Assembly: GCA_947468275.1 (NCBI GenBank)
Contig: CANIKO010000016.1
Location: forward strand, 7,346 to 71,345
Direction of reading: 5' to 3'
DNA: 64,000 nt
From: Bacteroidota bacterium
Lineage (GTDB): Bacteria > Bacteroidota > Bacteroidia > NS11-12g > UBA9320
The notes beneath the pieces are model-generated. The model saw only the letters and a program-made list of their open reading frames with translations. It ran no database searches and was not told the origin of the DNA. Both the position numbers and the translations under genes were made by a program. Positions within the stretch are counted from its first letter, which is position 1. Every line of letters begins with the position of its first letter. Below, piece by piece: positions 51,718 to 61,564 of this stretch.

Positions 51718-52377
51718 ATGCCAAAAATAAAAATGCCAAGATCAAATCCAACGTTGGACATGACTCCAATGGTGGACCTTGCATTCCTATTGGTTACCTT
51801 CTTTATTTTAACTGCTTCTTTTCGCAATCCAGAGCCTGTTCAAGTATCAACACCAAGTTCAACATCTGAAAAAATGATGCCTGAAAATTCGGTATTAATT
51901 ACTATTTCACCAGACGGAAAAGTTTTCTATACTATTTCAGGTTTTGATGTTAGAAAAAAAACATTGCAGCGGATGGCCGATAAATACAAAATTAAATTTA
52001 CTATGAAGGAAATTGAAGAGTTTGGCAAAATGACAAGTTTCGGCGTTTCAATGCAAAACCTAGGTAAATTTATTAATACCGAACCTGGACAGAGGGAAAA
52101 ATTCCCATCAACTGGTATCCCAATGGATTCTTCCAACAATCAATTGGGTGATTGGATACGGTTTGGCCAATACGAAGGAGTTGTTCAATATAAAGATTTA
52201 AAGGATGCAGCAGAAGCTTCCGGACGACAGGTAGTAATCGAACCACTTAGGTTTGCTATTAAAGCCGATGGCAATGCAAATTTTATAGTTGTAAAGGAAG
52301 TTATAAAAACTTTTACAGATTTGAAAATATACAAGTTTAACTTGTTAACTAATTTTGAAAAAGGACCAAACCAATAA
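51718..52377 (+). CDS. exbD: ExbD/TolR family protein
   Basis: LDMTPMVDLAFLLVTFF, IKAD. Confidence 0.92.
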   Translation: MPKIKMPRSNPTLDMTPMVDLAFLLVTFFILTASFRNPEPVQVSTPSSTSEKMMPENSVLITISPDGKVFYTISGFDVRKKTLQRMADKYKIKFTMKEIEEFGKMTSFGVSMQNLGKFINTEPGQREKFPSTGIPMDSSNNQLGDWIRFGQYEGVVQYKDLKDAAEASGRQVVIEPLRFAIKADGNANFIVVKEVIKTFTDLKIYKFNLLTNFEKGPNQ

Positions 52378-52389
52378 TATAATAACGAG

Positions 52390-53028
52390 ATGGCAGAATT
52401 AGGAGAAGGCTCAGGCTCACATGCACATGGCAAAAAAGGCCCTCTAAGGGCAAAAAAACAAAGCACTAGGGTGGATATGACTCCAATGGTGGATTTGGCT
52501 TTTTTACTTCTAACATTTTTTGTACTTACTTCCACATTTAGCAAGCCAAAAACTATGGAGATTACCTTTCCGGTGCCTCCAGATAAAAACAATCCACCGC
52601 CACCAATGAAGGTGAATGGATATACTTTTTTATTAACGAAAGATAACCGAGTATTTTGGTATAGTGGTGAATTTAAAGATGCACCAAAAAATGGATTACC
52701 CGCTACAACACTTACTGAAGTAAAATTCGGTGAAGACTTAAATAAATTACTTCTAGATAAAAATGATTTGGTAGAAAAGGCTGTTTTGGAATTAAAAAAG
52801 AAAAGGCTTAGCAAAGAAATAGAAGATACAACTTATAAAAGGCTTGCTGTAGAAGCTAAAGGTGACCCAAAATCCCCGTTTTTTGTTATCAAGGCAGATG
52901 ACAAAGCTGTATATCGAAACCTTATAGATTTGATAGATGAGTTCAATATTTGTAATGTAGGTAAATATGCTGTTACAGATATTATGGTTAGTGAAGTAAA
53001 TTTAATAAATCAAGCAACAAAAGAATAA
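52390..53028 (+). CDS. exbD: Second ExbD/TolR family protein
   Basis: VDMTPMVDLAFLLLTFF. Confidence 0.92.
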   Translation: MAELGEGSGSHAHGKKGPLRAKKQSTRVDMTPMVDLAFLLLTFFVLTSTFSKPKTMEITFPVPPDKNNPPPPMKVNGYTFLLTKDNRVFWYSGEFKDAPKNGLPATTLTEVKFGEDLNKLLLDKNDLVEKAVLELKKKRLSKEIEDTTYKRLAVEAKGDPKSPFFVIKADDKAVYRNLIDLIDEFNICNVGKYAVTDIMVSEVNLINQATKE

Positions 53029-53032
53029 AATT

Positions 53033-53887
53033 ATGGCAGGTTCGTTTGATAGAATTTTTAACGATTGGGTAAATGTAACTTCCGATTTAAGAAATGAATT
53101 AGTTTTTTCCGATCGAAATAAAGAATACGGCGCATATCAATTACGCAAAAAATACAATCGCGTATATTCGTTTTCACTTTTAATTACACTTGTAGCATGT
53201 ATTCTAGGTTTCGGTATTCCAAAATTGGTTCAGGTGCTTACTACTAGACCTGATGTGGTATCGAATGTGGATACACAGATAGATTTAACACCACCACCAG
53301 TGGATGAAAATGAACCTGAACCACCACCACCACCGCCACCACCGCCACCGCCAGTGCAGGAACAAATTAGATTTATACCTCCAGTGGTTGTTGACGAACC
53401 AATTCCTGAGGACGAAATACCTCCACCACAAGAAAAACTAAACGATACCCAAGCTGGTACAACTACTCAAAAAGGAAATGGTGATGATGACATGATTCCT
53501 CCAGATTTAGGAGGAGATGGAGATAGACCAATTGAACCAGCAAAAGCGCAAGAACCTTTTTTGGCGGTTGAAGAAATGCCTCAGTTTATACCTGGAGATG
53601 CATCAAGAAGTGAAGCCGCTATGGTAAAGTATATTGCAGAAAACACCAAATATCCTGAACAAGCCATTGCCGCAGGTATAGAAGGTAGTGTTCGTGTTAA
53701 GTTTACAGTTACATCTGATGGAAATATAAAAGATGCTAAAATTATTAGCAAAGATAGATTAGGTGCAGGTTGTGAAGAAGAAGCAATTCGTGTAATAATG
53801 AGTATGCCGAGGTGGGTTCCTGGTCGTCAAAACGGACAAGCTGTTCCCGTATATTTCAATTTGCCTGTTCGTTTTAGATTATTTTAA
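53033..53887 (+). CDS. tonB: TonB energy transducer
   Basis: RNKEYGAYQLR, TM, poly-Pro linker, YP..A...GIEG.V.V.F C-domain. Confidence 0.92.
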   Translation: MAGSFDRIFNDWVNVTSDLRNELVFSDRNKEYGAYQLRKKYNRVYSFSLLITLVACILGFGIPKLVQVLTTRPDVVSNVDTQIDLTPPPVDENEPEPPPPPPPPPPPVQEQIRFIPPVVVDEPIPEDEIPPPQEKLNDTQAGTTTQKGNGDDDMIPPDLGGDGDRPIEPAKAQEPFLAVEEMPQFIPGDASRSEAAMVKYIAENTKYPEQAIAAGIEGSVRVKFTVTSDGNIKDAKIISKDRLGAGCEEEAIRVIMSMPRWVPGRQNGQAVPVYFNLPVRFRLF

Positions 53888-53900
53888 TTTCTCAGGCACA

Positions 53901-54131
53901 ATGCCCGATAAGCTTAAACGCGAAGGTTTTTTAAACCTTAAAACCAGCATCCAACTAATTGCAGGTATACTTTTTATATTTGTTGGAGTTTGTATCATGG
54001 TTAGAACTTTTGATAACAATTATATTTTACGAGGTTCAACAAAATATTGGTTTGGCGGTATCCTATGCCTTTATGGAATTGTAAGAATAGCTAGAATTTA
54101 TTTTAATTGGAATACCCAAAAAGAAGATTAG
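53901..54131 (+). CDS. Small two-TM hypothetical protein
   Basis: Two hydrophobic helices, inside the operon. Confidence 0.6.
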   Translation: MPDKLKREGFLNLKTSIQLIAGILFIFVGVCIMVRTFDNNYILRGSTKYWFGGILCLYGIVRIARIYFNWNTQKED

Positions 54132-54133
54132 TT

Positions 54134-55066
54134 ATGAAAAAGAACTTCAATTTAATTTTGATTATTTTACTGGTATTTTTAGCTTCATGCAAAAGTGGCC
54201 CTAGTAATGAACCAACTGATACTCTTACCTCAGGTGAAACAAAAATTGCTATGGATGATTCATACACTTTTTTATTTGAAACAATAACGAGAGTTTTTGA
54301 AGATCAAAATCCTGAAGCAAATATTATTTCTGTAATAAAAAATGAGACGAATGCAATAGAAGCATTGCTCAACGACTCTTGCAAAGTGATTGTTTTGAAC
54401 CGTGAACTCACTAAAAAAGAATTAACCAATTTTGAAAGTAAAAATATATATCCAAAATCTATAAAATTCGCATACGATGCTGTAGCATTAATCATACATC
54501 CTGATAATCCTGATTCTACAATTGATGTCGAGGATTTAAAATCTCTGTTAACCGGAAAAATAACAAAGTGGAATGATCTAGGAAAAAATGCCGATAAGGA
54601 GGTTATAGTTGTATTTGACAAACCTAACTCAGCCAATTTTAGATACATGAAAGACACATTACTTAGTGGGAAAGAACTTCAAAAAAACTGTTTTGGGGTT
54701 AACGGCAATAAAGAAGTGATAGATTATGTAACAAAAAATAAATACGCTATTGGGATAATTAGTGCGGGATGGATTACAGACGATTATAGCAATGCGGCAA
54801 AAGCATTTTTAAAAAGCGTAAAAGTAATGGGCATAGGTCATAATAGCAGCGGATTATACTACAAGCCATACCAATATTATATCCATGATGGCAGTTATCC
54901 TTTTGTAAGAAGTGTATATTTAGTGAACCGCCAAACCAGAATGGGACTTGGCACAGGATTTGTAAATTTCATTTGCAGAGCGGACAAAGGCCAACAAATT
55001 GTAACTAAATCAGGACTTGTTCCCGTTTATGCCTACATTAGAGAAATAAAAGCAAACGTAGATTAA
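54134..55066 (+). CDS. PstS-like substrate-binding lipoprotein
   Basis: LASC lipobox, DAVALIIHPDN, YPFVR, GLGTGF; ATG at 54134. Confidence 0.8.
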   Translation: MKKNFNLILIILLVFLASCKSGPSNEPTDTLTSGETKIAMDDSYTFLFETITRVFEDQNPEANIISVIKNETNAIEALLNDSCKVIVLNRELTKKELTNFESKNIYPKSIKFAYDAVALIIHPDNPDSTIDVEDLKSLLTGKITKWNDLGKNADKEVIVVFDKPNSANFRYMKDTLLSGKELQKNCFGVNGNKEVIDYVTKNKYAIGIISAGWITDDYSNAAKAFLKSVKVMGIGHNSSGLYYKPYQYYIHDGSYPFVRSVYLVNRQTRMGLGTGFVNFICRADKGQQIVTKSGLVPVYAYIREIKANVD

Positions 55067-55080
55067 CAATAAAAAAAGCA

Positions 55081-56760
55081 ATGAAAAAAATAATTTTATT
55101 TGGAGGAGTTTTCCTTTTAAGCTTGGTTTCACAATCCCAAACTTTAAAGGATGCAATGAGATTGACTGAAAATGAAAGATTTGAAAGTGCAAAAAATGCT
55201 TTCAAGAATTTAGTTATAGCAGAACCCAATAATGGTAATATCTATTATTACTTTGGAGAAACATACTTTGATCAAAGCCTTACAATTCGTGATACAGCCT
55301 TTGCAAGAGTGTTAAAAGATTCTTCCTACCTTATGTTCAAAAAAGGTTCGGAAGTAGAACCAACTAATCCTTTAAATTTTGTGGGTTTAGGAAAGGTATT
55401 ATGGTATAGCAAACATCAAAACCAAGCCGATGCCTTTTTTACTCAGGCCTTGGAAATGACTAAAAATAAAAATGCCACAGTAATGTTAAAAATTGCTGAA
55501 ACCTATATAAATGCTGATTTTAAAAATCTGAAATCAGCTAATGAATTATTAATAAAAGCATTAAAATTGGAACCAAAAAATCCAGATGTCCATATACTAA
55601 TTGGGGATGCTATGTTAGAAACCGACCCAATGGATGGCAGCGGACCCGTAAAAAAATATAATGAAGCTGCGGCTTTAGATATTGCAAGTGCCAAACCTAT
55701 ATTGCGAATTGGTAAACTTTATTACAGAGCTAAAAACCCTACCGAAGCATTAAAGTGGTATAAACAAGCCGTTACTATTGACTCAACATTTGCGCCAGCA
55801 TATATTGAAATGGGAGAATTATATATTATGGCGGGTTTAAACAAAAGAGCTTTGGAATCCTACAAAAAATATTTAATACTAAATAATGATAAAGAAGCCC
55901 GAGATCGTTTTTCACAAGTTCTTTGGTTAAATAAGTTATTTGAAGATGCTGTCAATGAAATTTCACAAATCCAATCAACTGATAGTTCGAGTTACACTTT
56001 ATATCGTTTATTGGGCTATAGTTACTCTGAAGTTGGCGATAAATTTCCGCCTGATGGTTATAAAAAAGGGTTATATGCTATGCGAAAGTTTTTTGATATG
56101 ACCTCACAAAAACCAAATTTCAAGTATTTATCTACGGATTATTCTGTGCTTGGAAAATTATTTTCAAAAACCAATCAAGATTCATTAGGAATAGTAGAAC
56201 TAAAAAAAGGGTATGATTTAGATACAACTAAAAAATCTCTCTATAGTGAAATTGCATTAGCCTATTATAAAACAAAGAAATATAATGATGCCATTTTTTA
56301 TTACAATAAGAAAATTACTTCTGGCGAACCAACCGTAAATGATTACATTTATTTAGGTTCATGTTATTATTTTACTAAACAATTTCCTTTGGCTGACAGT
56401 GCTTTCAAAAAAGTAACTATAGCTAGTCCTGAGTTGATATTGGGTTATAAATTCAGAGCAAAATGTAATGTTCAATTAGATCTTGATTCAAAACTTGGCT
56501 TAGCAAAACCATATTATGAAAAAGTAGTAGAACTAATACTTGCAAAACCTGAAAACTTTGAAAAAGGAACCAACAAAAAAGATATAATTGAAGCATACGA
56601 ATATCTTGGAGCATATCATTTTATTGTATTAAAAGATATGGATAAAGCCACAGAGTACTTTAATAAAATAAAAGAAATAGACGCTACAAATAAAAAGGTA
56701 ATTGATTTTTTCAAAGCTATTGAAGACAAGAAAAAAGCACCTGAACCCAAAAAGGACTAG
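55081..56760 (+). CDS. Periplasmic TPR protein
   Basis: Signal peptide, many TPR helices, GLAKPYYEK. Confidence 0.85.
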   Translation: MKKIILFGGVFLLSLVSQSQTLKDAMRLTENERFESAKNAFKNLVIAEPNNGNIYYYFGETYFDQSLTIRDTAFARVLKDSSYLMFKKGSEVEPTNPLNFVGLGKVLWYSKHQNQADAFFTQALEMTKNKNATVMLKIAETYINADFKNLKSANELLIKALKLEPKNPDVHILIGDAMLETDPMDGSGPVKKYNEAAALDIASAKPILRIGKLYYRAKNPTEALKWYKQAVTIDSTFAPAYIEMGELYIMAGLNKRALESYKKYLILNNDKEARDRFSQVLWLNKLFEDAVNEISQIQSTDSSSYTLYRLLGYSYSEVGDKFPPDGYKKGLYAMRKFFDMTSQKPNFKYLSTDYSVLGKLFSKTNQDSLGIVELKKGYDLDTTKKSLYSEIALAYYKTKKYNDAIFYYNKKITSGEPTVNDYIYLGSCYYFTKQFPLADSAFKKVTIASPELILGYKFRAKCNVQLDLDSKLGLAKPYYEKVVELILAKPENFEKGTNKKDIIEAYEYLGAYHFIVLKDMDKATEYFNKIKEIDATNKKVIDFFKAIEDKKKAPEPKKD

Positions 56761-56780
56761 TTAAAAAATAAAAGCTTATA

Positions 56781-56818
56781 AAAAGCCCGTTAAAGAAAAT
56801 TTAACGGGCTTTTATTTT
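56781..56818 (+). terminator. Intrinsic terminator of the ton operon
   Basis: aaaagcccgttaaa-gaaaa-tttaacgggctttt-atttt. Confidence 0.88.
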
Positions 56819-56848
56819 AAATTAGCATTTTTTTAATGAATAAAAATT

Positions 56849-57529
56849 ATGCATAGGCCTATACCACAATGGTCATCCGATGAAAAACCTCGCGAAAAAT
56901 TGGTTCTTCATGGAAAAGAAAGTTTAAGTAATGCGGAGTTAATCGGGATATTACTATCCACCGGCACAAGAACCAAGTCGGCAGTAGATCTTGGCGTTGA
57001 AATAATGGCATTAGCAAAAAATGATTTGAATACTCTAGCCCGTTTTAATGTGTCTGAGTTTAAAAAGATACTTGGAATAGGGGAGGCCAAAGCAATAACT
57101 ATTATAGCAGCGGTTGAGTTAGGCAGTCGCCGTAAACTGGCCGAAGCTACCAAAGAAAAAATTACTACAAGCCGGCACGCCTTTGAAATATTGCACCCAA
57201 AAATGGCCGATAAGCAATATGAGCAATTTTGGATGATAGCACTCAATCGTGCCAACAATTTAATATCCCTAAAACAAATAAGCGATGGCGGCATAACAGG
57301 AACGGTGGTGGATATACGACGAATTTTTAAACTTGCATTGGAAGAAAACGCCACTTCTATTATATTGGCTCACAATCATCCATCAGGAAATTTAAGCCCT
57401 AGCGATGCTGATAAAAAAATAACACGAAGCTTAAAAGATGCGGGAAATACAATGGATATAATAGTTAAGGATCATTTAATTATTACCGATTCAGGCTATT
57501 ATAGTTTTGCCGATGAAGGATTAATTTAG
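56849..57529 (+). CDS. radC: RadC (JAB domain) protein, full length
   Basis: KPREKL, LSNAEL, GIGEAKA, AHNHPSG, DHLII. Confidence 0.95.
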   Translation: MHRPIPQWSSDEKPREKLVLHGKESLSNAELIGILLSTGTRTKSAVDLGVEIMALAKNDLNTLARFNVSEFKKILGIGEAKAITIIAAVELGSRRKLAEATKEKITTSRHAFEILHPKMADKQYEQFWMIALNRANNLISLKQISDGGITGTVVDIRRIFKLALEENATSIILAHNHPSGNLSPSDADKKITRSLKDAGNTMDIIVKDHLIITDSGYYSFADEGLI

Positions 57530-57677
57530 AGTTAATAGATTCTAACTTTTGCTCTTGCCGCCGGCCCAAAAAAAAATATGACATTAATCACCTTGCTATT
57601 TAAAAACTATAGTTAACATTTGAATAAATATTGCTACTATTAAAAAACCTCATAAAATTATAAAGGCATCTATACTA

Positions 57678-58292
57678 TTGTTTTTTATAACTTTTATAAC
57701 TTCTGTATTAACCAATTGCAACCAATGTGATACAACTCAATCTACTGAGGGCAATACCAAAAACAAAATTAGTAGTGTAGCCAAAAAATATTTTTACTTT
57801 AAATTAGGTAGCTGGTGGGTGTATCAAAATGAAATATCATTAGAACGAGATAGTATTTATGTGGTGCAAAACAAACTTGAAAGAATTAAAGGTGTTGAAT
57901 CTTGCAAATGTGATGAAAGGATTTTTGTAAGCTATGAATCTACTTTTAATGATTCCTTTTATTTTTACACGGAAAGTTATAGTTCACCATCTATTACTTT
58001 TAATAGAATTAGTTTTGGCTCTTCTATTAGTTATCTTACCTATCGTTTTAGAGTCCAAGATGATACCTCATTAAGTTTAACTAATCAACATAATGCCATA
58101 ATTACTTTTTCACCAAGCTATAAAGGTATAAAAGAAGAATTTAAAGAGGTCTATCGATGTTTTTATAACAAAGCATTAACTGATTATTTATCCAATTCTT
58201 ATTTTGCTCCTAAAATAGGATTAATACGATACCAATACAAAAATGGGGATGAAACTTACTGGAATTTAGTTAACTATCATGTAATTCAATAA
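57678..58292 (+). CDS. Hypothetical lipoprotein-like protein
   Basis: Hydrophobic N-terminus + Cys, FKLGSWWVY, FAPKIGLI, WNLVNY; start uncertain (frame is open back to 57624 without an ATG). Confidence 0.6.
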   Translation: MFFITFITSVLTNCNQCDTTQSTEGNTKNKISSVAKKYFYFKLGSWWVYQNEISLERDSIYVVQNKLERIKGVESCKCDERIFVSYESTFNDSFYFYTESYSSPSITFNRISFGSSISYLTYRFRVQDDTSLSLTNQHNAIITFSPSYKGIKEEFKEVYRCFYNKALTDYLSNSYFAPKIGLIRYQYKNGDETYWNLVNYHVIQ

Positions 58293-58295
58293 TGT

Positions 58296-58972
58296 ATGAA
58301 AAAAAATATTTTTTATTTACTAAGCGTTCTTATGAGCACATTTGCTTCTGCTCAGCAATGTTCAAAAAGTGACTTTGAATCGGCTTATGCTACGGTTAAT
58401 TCTCATGAATTAAATGACCATATCGGTAATTTAGATGTTAGAATTACTTTATCTTATCGGTTGGTGTCCCCACCAACCGAAACATGTTATCAAGGACTAA
58501 TTCGATGCCCCAAGATTACTCATCTCTATAATTCTTTAAAATATTAAATTTTCTCATCGGCTGGTCTTTTAATGATTCCTTTTTTACGGCATCTTTATTG
58601 AATGGTTTCACAAAATCTTTTATTGATTCGTCCGATACCGCTTCCATTTATTTCAACCTTAGTTATGATTCTACCAAATTACCTTATAACCCTAAGGAAT
58701 TATCATTTACCATTAAAGCTATAAATAAATATGGCGATACTTTTTCAATTGTTGTTCCTACAGTTGTTTATTTTACCCTTTATGGCAGTACAGAAATTTG
58801 GGATATTGAAGAATTTAATAATTTACCACGTAAGTGGCTGCCAAAAATAAGCCCGGAGCCAACTCGGGTGCATGTTGCACCATCCAGTATTATCTTATCA
58901 GTTGGTGTCCCCACCAACCGAAACATGTTATCAAGGACTAATTCGATGCCTCAAGATTACTCATCTCTATAA
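58296..58972 (+). pseudogene. Secreted protein gene interrupted and truncated by two copies of a 102-bp repeat
   Basis: Signal peptide ORF 58296-58547 reads into repeat copy 1; coding resumes in another frame (LIGWSFNDS...) and ends inside copy 2. Confidence 0.65.
58449..58550 (+). repeat. 102-bp direct repeat copy 1, headed by REP hairpin tcggttggtg-tccc-caccaaccga
   Basis: 100/102 identical to 58890-58991. Confidence 0.92.
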
Positions 58973-58991
58973 TTCTTTAAAATATTAAATT
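58890..58991 (+). repeat. 102-bp direct repeat copy 2
   Basis: Differs from copy 1 at two positions (g>a, c>t). Confidence 0.92.
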
Positions 58992-58997
58992 CATCTT

Positions 58998-59037
58998 TTA
59001 TCTAATCGGTTGGTGTCTCCACCAAATGATAAGAAAA
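58998..59037. repeat. Third REP hairpin
   Basis: ttatctaatcggttggtg-tctc-caccaaatgataag. Confidence 0.8.
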
Positions 59038-59119
59038 ATCCAATGCTAATTTATATTTCTAAACAACCTTGGTAATTGCCTAAAAATATTTTAAAATTGA
59101 AAAGTCAATTCAAATACCT

Positions 59120-60295
59120 ATGAAGCATTTTTTGGCATTATTTACTCTGCTTTGTTCCATGGCTGGCTATACTCAGCCTCCCAAATCTTCTATACTATTT
59201 AAACTTATGGGCCATTCGGATGATTTGGAATGCATGGCTGTTTCGGGTAACGGCAAATTAATAGCCTCCGGTTCATGGGATGGAATTGTAAATTTATTTT
59301 ACACGGATTCCAATTATACACCAATTGGCACTTTCTCCGATCATTTTTCAGCCGTTAATTGTATTTCATTTACCAACAATGGTAAAACAATGGTTACAGG
59401 TGGTAATGATGGAAAGATCTTCACCTATTTAATAGATTCTCTTGGGGTGGTTACAAAAGATAAATATGCGCCATTACACCGAATGTCAATTAACGCTGTT
59501 TATATTGATCCGGGAGGAAAATTTGTATATACCGGAAGTAATGATGGCACCATTATTCAATACGAGCTTGCAAAAAATAAAGAACGAAAAATAAACAACA
59601 CTAATGCTGTATCAAGTATTGCAATTGGTAATGACAGAAAATCTGTTTATTGTTCAGACAATACCAGCATTATTAAAAAATATGATATTTTAAATGCTAC
59701 CGCTAAAGTGGTAGAATTTGAAGGCCATACCGATCAGGTAAATTGTATTGTGTTGAGTAAAGATAACAAATATCTTATTTCGGCGTCAAGCGATAAAACG
59801 GTAAAAATTTGGAATACCCAAAACGGAAAACTGGAAAAAACCCTCATAGGCCACGATTGGAAAGTAATTACTGTAGCAATTTCTGCAAATGGCAAATACA
59901 TCGCATCAGGTAGTAATGATGGGAGCACGAAATTATGGGATTTAGAAACGGGTAAAGTAATAAACTCATTTGATGATATTGGCAATAATGTAAGAGGTGT
60001 TGCGTTTAATGCAAGCAACTCACTTTTATACACCGCCATGAACTATCCAGTGGATTCATTCGAAACAAAAGGAATATTGGTTCTTAAAACTGGAATTGAG
60101 GTAGCTAAAAAAGATCCTCCTAAAAATTCAGGAAAAACACCTTTGCCCAAAGGAACTACCCCTAAAAGCGCAGTCAAAAAAACTGCTACCAATCCCGCTC
60201 TTGAAAGCAATAAAGAAATAATAAAAAAAACTGACGAAATAGAAATTTCCGAAGAAAAGAAAAAAACACCCGAACCTAAAAAAAATGACAATTGA
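59120..60295 (+). CDS. Exported WD40-repeat protein with Lys/Pro-rich tail
   Basis: GH...SGSWDG, GHTDQV...SASSDKTVKIW, GHDWKV...SGSNDGSTKLWD. Confidence 0.9.
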   Translation: MKHFLALFTLLCSMAGYTQPPKSSILFKLMGHSDDLECMAVSGNGKLIASGSWDGIVNLFYTDSNYTPIGTFSDHFSAVNCISFTNNGKTMVTGGNDGKIFTYLIDSLGVVTKDKYAPLHRMSINAVYIDPGGKFVYTGSNDGTIIQYELAKNKERKINNTNAVSSIAIGNDRKSVYCSDNTSIIKKYDILNATAKVVEFEGHTDQVNCIVLSKDNKYLISASSDKTVKIWNTQNGKLEKTLIGHDWKVITVAISANGKYIASGSNDGSTKLWDLETGKVINSFDDIGNNVRGVAFNASNSLLYTAMNYPVDSFETKGILVLKTGIEVAKKDPPKNSGKTPLPKGTTPKSAVKKTATNPALESNKEIIKKTDEIEISEEKKKTPEPKKNDN

Positions 60296-60701
60296 CAGGA
60301 TTGAGAGTAATAAAGCACCTGAACCCGTAGGATTATATCCACATGCACGCAAAATTGGCAACCTTCTTTTTTTATCTGGGGTTGGCCCTCGAGAAAGAGG
60401 AACAAAAAAAATACCTGGAGTAGAATTAACGGAAGACGGAATAATAATTTCTTACGATATTGAAGCTCAATGTCATTCCGTATTTAGAAATGTTAAATAT
60501 ATATTAGAAGATGCAGGAAGTAGTTGGCAAAATATTGTTGATGTAACTGTTTATCTTACGAATATGAAAGATGATTTTCCAATATACAACAAACTTTGGG
60601 CTGAATATTTCAAAGACAATTTACCCTGTCGCACCACACTCGAGATTAATTGTTTACCAACACCTATCGGTATTGAACTAAAAGTAATAGCTACTATTTA
60701 G
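60285..60701 (+). CDS. RidA/YjgF family protein, 2-aminomuconate deaminase-like
   Basis: APEPVGLYPHA, LFLSG, PCRTT, LPTPIGIELK. Confidence 0.85.
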   Translation: MTIDRIESNKAPEPVGLYPHARKIGNLLFLSGVGPRERGTKKIPGVELTEDGIIISYDIEAQCHSVFRNVKYILEDAGSSWQNIVDVTVYLTNMKDDFPIYNKLWAEYFKDNLPCRTTLEINCLPTPIGIELKVIATI

Positions 60702-60734
60702 TATTTCTTTTTTTAATTATCATCTACCTAACTA

Positions 60735-61505
60735 ATGTCATATAATAACATCATAACACACTTTGAAGGTCCTGCATTTATCATAACCATTAATCGGGAA
60801 GTCAAATTAAATGCTTTAAATTATGAAACCTTACAGGAAATAAAACAGGCTATAGTGTCTGTTCAGGAAAATACTTCGGTGAGAGGAATTATTCTCACAG
60901 GTGCTGGCACTAAAGCTTTTGCAGCAGGAGCTGACATTTCAGAGTTTGCTGAATTTGATACGGAACAAGGGACTAGGTTAAGTTCTGAAGGGCATGAAGT
61001 AATGAATACCATCGAACAATCTAACATACCAGTTATTGCAGCAGTAAATGGATTTAGTTTAGGTGGAGGATGCGAATTGGCAATGGCTTGCCATATTCGA
61101 ATTGCTTCTGAAAATGCCAAATTTGGCCAGCCTGAAGTTAATCTAGGTTTGCCTCCTGGTTACGCAGGCACCCAGCGCTTAGTTCAACTTTTAGGAAAAG
61201 CAAAAGCTTTAGAAATGCTGCTATCAGCTGAAATTATTAATGCAGAAAAAGCCCTCAGCTGTGGAATGGTATCAAAAGTAGTTCCTATTGAACAACTGCT
61301 ACCAACATGTATGGAACTAGTTAATCTGTATTCCACTAAATCACCCTCAGCAATAGCAATGGTAATACGGTGTGTAAATTCGCATTTCCAAGGCACCAAA
61401 CCAGGTTTTGAAAAAGAAATATCAGAATTCGGCAGAGCTTTCGGAACTAAGGATTTTAAAGAAGGGACTTCTGCTTTTTTAGAAAAACGAAAACCAAATT
61501 ATTAA
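60735..61505 (+). CDS. Enoyl-CoA hydratase/isomerase (crotonase) family
   Basis: AFAAGADISE, LGGGCELAMAC, GQPEVNLG. Confidence 0.92.
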   Translation: MSYNNIITHFEGPAFIITINREVKLNALNYETLQEIKQAIVSVQENTSVRGIILTGAGTKAFAAGADISEFAEFDTEQGTRLSSEGHEVMNTIEQSNIPVIAAVNGFSLGGGCELAMACHIRIASENAKFGQPEVNLGLPPGYAGTQRLVQLLGKAKALEMLLSAEIINAEKALSCGMVSKVVPIEQLLPTCMELVNLYSTKSPSAIAMVIRCVNSHFQGTKPGFEKEISEFGRAFGTKDFKEGTSAFLEKRKPNY

Positions 61506-61564
61506 AAATATTTATTTGGTATTTAAATTGCTTTATATTTGTCACACTAAAAAAAATAAAGAAA

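Noticed and set aside
53290-53353. CCA/CCG microsatellite
   Set aside because: Encodes the normal TonB poly-proline linker.
56849-57529. radC as a marker of an integrated element or defence island
   Set aside because: It is the full-length chromosomal type with HhH region; no integrase or defence genes nearby.
58449-59037. 102-bp repeats as a CRISPR array or DGR TR/VR pair
   Set aside because: Only two long copies with no regular spacers or cas genes. The two mismatches are not adenine-specific on one strand, and there is no reverse transcriptase in the window.
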